A stretch of 63,918 nt of DNA, counting the filler, from an uncultured bacterium (GTDB lineage: Bacteria; CAYJRR01), in the NCBI GenBank assembly GCA_964372275.1. It is 3 parts of 3 records of this genome, joined end to end, with 100 filler letters (N's around TTAATTAATTAA, not from the genome) between each part and the next. Parts side by side here need not be neighbours in the genome. Positions count along the whole stretch, not along the records: positions 29,842 to 59,379 come from CAYJRR010000056.1; positions 59,480 to 63,918 come from CAYJRR010000205.1; 1 more part is not named here. The stretch is one strand, 5' to 3'. Position numbers and translations under genes: made by a program. How positions within the stretch are numbered: position 1 is the stretch's first letter; each line of letters begins with the position of its first letter. Under the pieces are notes generated by a model. That model was not told where the DNA came from, ran no database searches, and saw only the letters and a list, made by a program, of their open reading frames with translations. Positions 59,240-63,918 of this stretch are shown here, piece by piece.

Positions 59240-59379
59240 TCACGTCGATGGTAGGACCTCTCGCACGACGGTGCGGCCGACGTCGATCTCGGCGCGTCGA
59301 AGTTCGTAGGTCTTCTGCAGGTTCATCCAGAACTCGGGGGTCGTCCGGAGGGTGCGCGACAGCAGGATGGCGGTCTCGG
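59240..59379 (-). CDS. HigA-family antitoxin, C-terminal fragment (not in the ORF track)
   Basis: ETAILLSRTLRTTPEFWMNLQKTYEL...stop; truncated by the spacer. Confidence 0.8.
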
Positions 59380-59479
59380 NNNNNNNNNNNNNNNNNNNNN
59401 NNNNNNNNNNNNNNNNNNNNNNNTTAATTAATTAANNNNNNNNNNNNNNNNNNNNNNNNNNNNNNNNNNNNNNNNNNNN
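59380..59479. other. Artificial contig spacer
   Basis: 44 N + TTAATTAATTAA + 44 N. Confidence 0.97.
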
Positions 59480-60150
59480 TCAAGGCCGAGGAGAAGAACC
59501 TGCCGCGGGAGGCGTTCGAGAAGACGGGCTACCATTGCGCCGCGCACTGCCAGAAGACCTACAACGGCGTGGCGATCCTCTCCCGCCATCCGTTGGAGGA
59601 GATCGCCGTCGGTCTCGACGACGGCGAGGACGATCCCCAGGCCCGGTTGATCGCGGCCACGGTGCGCGGCGTGCGGGTGATCTCCGCCTACATGCCGAAC
59701 GGGCAGGCGGTGGGATCGGAGAAGTTCCACTACAAGTTGCGGTGGATGGAGCGCCTGCGGGCGCATCTCGAGCGCCGCTACCGGTCCGACCAGCCGCTCG
59801 CGTTGTGCGGCGACTTCAACGTCGCCCCGGAGGAGCGCGACGTCCACGACCCCAAGGCCTGGGAGAACGAGACCCTGTTCCACGTCGATTCGCGCAACGG
59901 CCTCGCCCGGCTGCAGGGGTGGGGGTTCGTCGACACCTTCCGGCGCCACCACGCCGAGCCGGGACACTTCAGCTGGTGGGACTACCGGATGGGGGCCTTC
60001 CCCCGGAACCTCGGCCTGCGCATCGACCACGTCTTCGCGACCGATCCGCTCGCCGGCCGCTCGACCGGCGCGGGGATCGACCGCGAGGCGCGAAAGGGCC
60101 CGCAGCCGTCGGACCACGCGCCGGTCTGGACCTCGTTCGAGCTCCCCTGA
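59480..60150 (+). CDS. xth: Exodeoxyribonuclease III, 5'-truncated
   Basis: QKTYNGVAILS, YMPNG, GDFNVAP, FSWWDYR, GLRIDH, PSDHAP. Confidence 0.95.
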
Positions 60151-60195
60151 CCCCACGCCAGACGAAATCGTTCGGACTCCGGGTACAATCGGGCC

Positions 60196-62682
60196 GTGGC
60201 CTCGGTTCGGATCGTTCCCTGGTGGCAGCGGATCCCCGCAATTCTTGCGTATCCGTTCACCAGCGCCGGCGTGATGGCGCTGGCGTTCCTCACCTTCGTC
60301 GACTTCTTCGCGCTCCTCGCCAGCTTCGGGCCGTTCAAGCTGGTCTCGATGGTCTTCACCACCGGTTTCACCTTCGCGGTGCTGTTCCTGGTGATCCGCC
60401 GGTGCTCGGAGGGGAACGAAAAGTTCCCCTCGATGGGGGACATCGAGGACGTCTTCGACGACATCGTCGCGCCGGGGATGAAGGTGATCGCCCTGACGGT
60501 CGTGCTCTACGGCCCGAGCCTCTTCTGCGGGGTCAAAGGCGGACTCGCGGCGCTGAAAGGGATGGAAAAGGGCCTCTCCGCCGTCGCCGACCGGGTGACG
60601 ACCTCGCCGACCGAGACCGGTGAGGATCGGCCCATTCCCTTCGGCGGCGGGCCGTTCCCCGGCGGCAAGCCGCCCGGCTTCTTCCCGGGCATGGCGCCGC
60701 CCGACGAGGTGCTGGAGGCGATGGAGCGCGGCGGGGCGATGGAGGCGGAGGCTCCGCCGATGCCGATGCCGACGCCGCCCAAGATCCTCACGCCGGAGGT
60801 GAAGGACGTCGGAAAGACGCTCCTGATCGCCGGCGGATGGTTCTTCCTGGCGGGCGTGTTCGCCCTCGTCTCGTCGCTCCTCTACCCGCTGGCGATGATC
60901 CTCCTGGCGGTGAGCGGAAGCCTGCTCTCGGCGATCTTCCCCGGAGCCTGGATCTCGGTCTTGGGACGGGTCTTTCTCTCCTACGTCGGGCTGCTGGTCG
61001 GCCTGTTCGTCCTCTCGGCGATCTACGGCATCGCGCGCATCCCGCTGACGCTGATGGCGGTGGCGATCCCGTTCGCGCCGCTGATCGTGTTGAGCGGGGT
61101 GAAGACCTACCTGTCGATCTGCGCCGCCCAGATGCTCGGCTGGTTCGTCTGGCAGAACCGCGATCGGCTGGGGATCCAGGTGACCGAGCGCCGCGACGTG
61201 ACGGTGGAGGAGATGCGGGCCATGGCCTCCGCCGCGGCGCGCGCGCGCGGCGCGCCGCCGGCGGTCGCCCGCCGGACCGCATCGGCCCCGGCCGCGAACG
61301 GGGGGGCGGCACGGACGGAGGCCGGTGCGTCGAACGCGCCCGGGGGGCCGGCCATCGGAAGCTCCGCGGGTTTCGGATCGCCGCGCGCGATGCCGGCGAT
61401 CGCCAAGACGGCCGCGCCCGCGGCTTCGCCCCCTGCAGCGGTGCCGACGCCCGAGGCGATGACGCAGCTCCAGGAGGCGTTCACCCGCGCCTGGGGGGCC
61501 GGGAACCTGGCCGCGGCGCAAACGACGGCGGCGCCGTTCGTCGACGGGCTGTGGGCGCTGGGACGCCGCGAGATGCTTCCGCCCCTCTACCGCGCCTTGC
61601 AGCGACTCTCCCCGGACGCGTCGCTCGACCCCGATCGCCAGGCGCGGCTCGCCGCCGACCTGGAGTCGGCCGGGGAGGTGGAGCTCGCGCTCGGCGCGTG
61701 GCGGGCGATGGCGTTCGTGCATCCGGGGGATCCGCGGTCTCCCGACGCGCTTCAGCGCTGCGTCGACCTCTGCGTGCGGGCCGGCCATCCCGACTGGGCG
61801 GAGAGCGCCGCCAAGCTCCTCCATCAGCGGTACCCGGGCCGCGCGAAGGGGGGCACCGCCGCGCCCGCCGGAGGCTCGCCGGCGGGCGGCACGCCGGCGT
61901 CGGACGACCCGCTGGCGGCGCTGGTGGCGAGCGGCGCGCTGGTCCATCCCGATACGGTCGATCTGACGCTCGATCCGGGGTCGTCGGTCGACGTCTACGG
62001 ATCGCTCGGCGCGGACGGCGCCGCCGCGACCGCCGCGGCCGCGCTCCCCGCCTCGGCGGCGTTCGGCGACCCCGCCTCCTTCCCGCTCGGCCCACGGACC
62101 GCGCCGTCGCGCATCGCGTCGGCGGCGGCGAGCTCCGTCTCCTCGGCGCTTCCGGCGGCGGCCGCCTTCTCGCCGACGCCGGCGCCGGCGCTCGCCTCTT
62201 CGCCCACGGCCGGCGCCAAGCTCTCGACGGTGCGCACCGCGGCGGCGATTGCGGAGGTCGGCAACAAGCGGATGGTCAACCCCGAGATCAAGGCGGTCGT
62301 CTTCCAGGCCGAGCAGGGGACGACGCTGAAGAAGCTGGTGCCGCGGGCCGCCGCCGTCGCCGCCGTGCTCTACGGGATCCTGTGGTTGAAGGCCGTCTTC
62401 GCCGACGGCAGCTTCCGCGATCGGATCGCCGTCATCCCCGCCGAGTCCTACGGTCAGGACGCCGCGACGATGGCGGTCACCATCCGCAAGATCGCCGCCG
62501 AACGCGGGATCCCGCTGGGGCCCAGCGGACTGTTCATCGACATCGGACCCGACTCGGCGCTCGGGCGCCTGGTGAAGATCGAGGCCCACTACGCGCGTTA
62601 CTTCCCCTTCCGCCGCACGCACGTGAAGCTGGAGATCCGCTGCGACAAGGCGCTGATCCCGTCCCGCTACTCGCCTCCGTAG
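60196..62682 (+). CDS. Large polytopic membrane protein with Pro/Ala-rich linkers and a TPR-like region
   Basis: ILAYPF start of a TM bundle, about 7 TMs, low-complexity spacers, helical repeat, final TM; TACAAT 6 nt before GTG. Confidence 0.65.
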   Translation: MASVRIVPWWQRIPAILAYPFTSAGVMALAFLTFVDFFALLASFGPFKLVSMVFTTGFTFAVLFLVIRRCSEGNEKFPSMGDIEDVFDDIVAPGMKVIALTVVLYGPSLFCGVKGGLAALKGMEKGLSAVADRVTTSPTETGEDRPIPFGGGPFPGGKPPGFFPGMAPPDEVLEAMERGGAMEAEAPPMPMPTPPKILTPEVKDVGKTLLIAGGWFFLAGVFALVSSLLYPLAMILLAVSGSLLSAIFPGAWISVLGRVFLSYVGLLVGLFVLSAIYGIARIPLTLMAVAIPFAPLIVLSGVKTYLSICAAQMLGWFVWQNRDRLGIQVTERRDVTVEEMRAMASAAARARGAPPAVARRTASAPAANGGAARTEAGASNAPGGPAIGSSAGFGSPRAMPAIAKTAAPAASPPAAVPTPEAMTQLQEAFTRAWGAGNLAAAQTTAAPFVDGLWALGRREMLPPLYRALQRLSPDASLDPDRQARLAADLESAGEVELALGAWRAMAFVHPGDPRSPDALQRCVDLCVRAGHPDWAESAAKLLHQRYPGRAKGGTAAPAGGSPAGGTPASDDPLAALVASGALVHPDTVDLTLDPGSSVDVYGSLGADGAAATAAAALPASAAFGDPASFPLGPRTAPSRIASAAASSVSSALPAAAAFSPTPAPALASSPTAGAKLSTVRTAAAIAEVGNKRMVNPEIKAVVFQAEQGTTLKKLVPRAAAVAAVLYGILWLKAVFADGSFRDRIAVIPAESYGQDAATMAVTIRKIAAERGIPLGPSGLFIDIGPDSALGRLVKIEAHYARYFPFRRTHVKLEIRCDKALIPSRYSPP

Positions 62683-63918
62683 GTCTCGGGCTGGCCGGGG
62701 GCGTGCCCGGCGAGAAAGATCTCCTCCCCGAAGACCAGCTTCGCCGCCTCGTCGACGTCGGAGACGAAGCGCGCGATCTCCTGCACGGCCGCGAGGGGGA
62801 CCTGCTTGCTGGACAGCGCCGCCCCGCGAGTCGCCGAGGGCAGGAGGATCGCCTGGAGGTTGCGGTTGTACGCCGCCTTCACCTTGAGGTCGGTATCGCC
62901 CACGGGGCCGACGGTCAGCACGTCGTGCGCGTCGGCGACCACCATCCCGCTCGACGCGAGGCTCTGCGGAACGGGGCGCTGGAGGAAGACCGACAGGAAG
63001 GCGAGTGCCGTCGGAAGCCCCGCCGACAGCCCGCCCGACGGCTCGTCCTCCTTGGTCACCTTGAAGGTGTAGTCGTGATCGAACAGATCGTGGGCGAGGT
63101 GCGGAAACTTGGTGCGCGCGTACTCGCGCACCGAGAAGAAGGTGTTGCGGATGCCGTCCCGCATCTCCTTGGAGAGGTTCCCGTGCACCTGGTCGACCGG
63201 CAGCGCGCCGCCGCGCCCGGGAAGCGCCGACTCGCGTCCGACCCAGACCTCGTGGATCAGCCCCTTCGCGCGGCCGGTCATGCGGTAGACGGCGGCCGAC
63301 AGCACGCGCCCGATCGGACGGGTCTCCCGTTCGCGCTGGGCCTCCATCGCCTCGGCGTGCTCGCGGGCGGCGCGCGCGGCCGCCGACTTCGAGTCTTCGA
63401 TCTCGAGGAAGGTGGCCTGGCGACGCCACGCGTCGGCGCGGGAACGGCCGACGCGGAGCGACTCGTCGAGCGTCGCCCGGAACCGGGTCCGTAGATCCGA
63501 TTCACGGAGCAGGTCGGCCGCGCGGCGATCGCCGGTGCGCTGCACGTGGTCGAGCGTCCAGGCGAGAACGCGACGATCGGACGGGTCCTCCCGTAGCGCG
63601 GTCAGGAACAGACGCGCGGCGTCGGTCTCGTCCCCGCCGATCCACGCGAGCTCCGCCAGGTACTTGCGTTCGAGCGGATCCCGGGTGCGCGACAGGAGGG
63701 AGCGGGCCTCCTCGTGACGGCCGTCGAGCGCCTTGGCCAGCGCCGACTCCAGCCGCGTCGCCTCCGGAGGCGGTTCGCGTCCGGGAAACGGCACCCGTTC
63801 CAGCCGCGCAATCGGCAGGTACCGGCGCGCCGCCACGCGCACCGCCTCGGCGAACGAGGGGCGGTGCATCCGCCGGCGGAAGGCGCGGTAGAACTCGGCG
63901 TCGTAACGCTCGGCCGCC
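62667..63918 (-). CDS. TPR-like protein with C-terminal Lon (S16) protease domain, 5'-truncated
   Basis: Helical repeats, then GNL..EMR...SGGLSAGLPTALAFLS...VGPVG...LKVKAA....ILLP; frame open at the window end. Confidence 0.75.
   Translation of the reverse strand, partial: AAERYDAEFYRAFRRRMHRPSFAEAVRVAARRYLPIARLERVPFPGREPPPEATRLESALAKALDGRHEEARSLLSRTRDPLERKYLAELAWIGGDETDAARLFLTALREDPSDRRVLAWTLDHVQRTGDRRAADLLRESDLRTRFRATLDESLRVGRSRADAWRRQATFLEIEDSKSAAARAAREHAEAMEAQRERETRPIGRVLSAAVYRMTGRAKGLIHEVWVGRESALPGRGGALPVDQVHGNLSKEMRDGIRNTFFSVREYARTKFPHLAHDLFDHDYTFKVTKEDEPSGGLSAGLPTALAFLSVFLQRPVPQSLASSGMVVADAHDVLTVGPVGDTDLKVKAAYNRNLQAILLPSATRGAALSSKQVPLAAVQEIARFVSDVDEAAKLVFGEEIFLAGHAPGQPETYGGE

Overview
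Very GC-rich bacterial DNA, most likely a Myxococcota/deltaproteobacterial MAG. This is inferred from the MYXO-CTERM-like sorting tail, the ElbD-like lipid genes and the many sigma54-type promoters. The window is three unrelated contigs joined by artificial 100-nt N/TTAATTAATTAA spacers: 1-29741, 29842-59379 and 59480-63918. Contig 1 carries rarA, surface proteins, a cytochrome c with Cys at the usual axial-Met position, purE, a GH13, an EEP lipoprotein and udgX/DUF72. It then has a polyphosphate/extracellular-kinase locus (CotH <- | rhodanese -> VTC, porin, TMK-like kinase with helical repeats, DUF4956, CotH), four tandem Ig-like lipoproteins and sucB. The rhodanese, missed by the ORF track, reads through an in-frame UGA followed by a SECIS-like hairpin, so it is a probable selenoprotein. 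Contig 2 carries a ChrC-type SOD, chrA, three tRNAs, an adenylate cyclase, serS, vapBC, a heptamer-repeat palindromic element, a catalytically dead subtilase and a CPA2 antiporter. It also has a 9-gene lipid operon that looks like a split, elaborated ElbD-type ether-lipid pathway, and a higA fragment. Contig 3 carries xth, a large membrane protein and a TPR-Lon-protease-domain protein. All family assignments come from motif recognition by eye; no searches were run.
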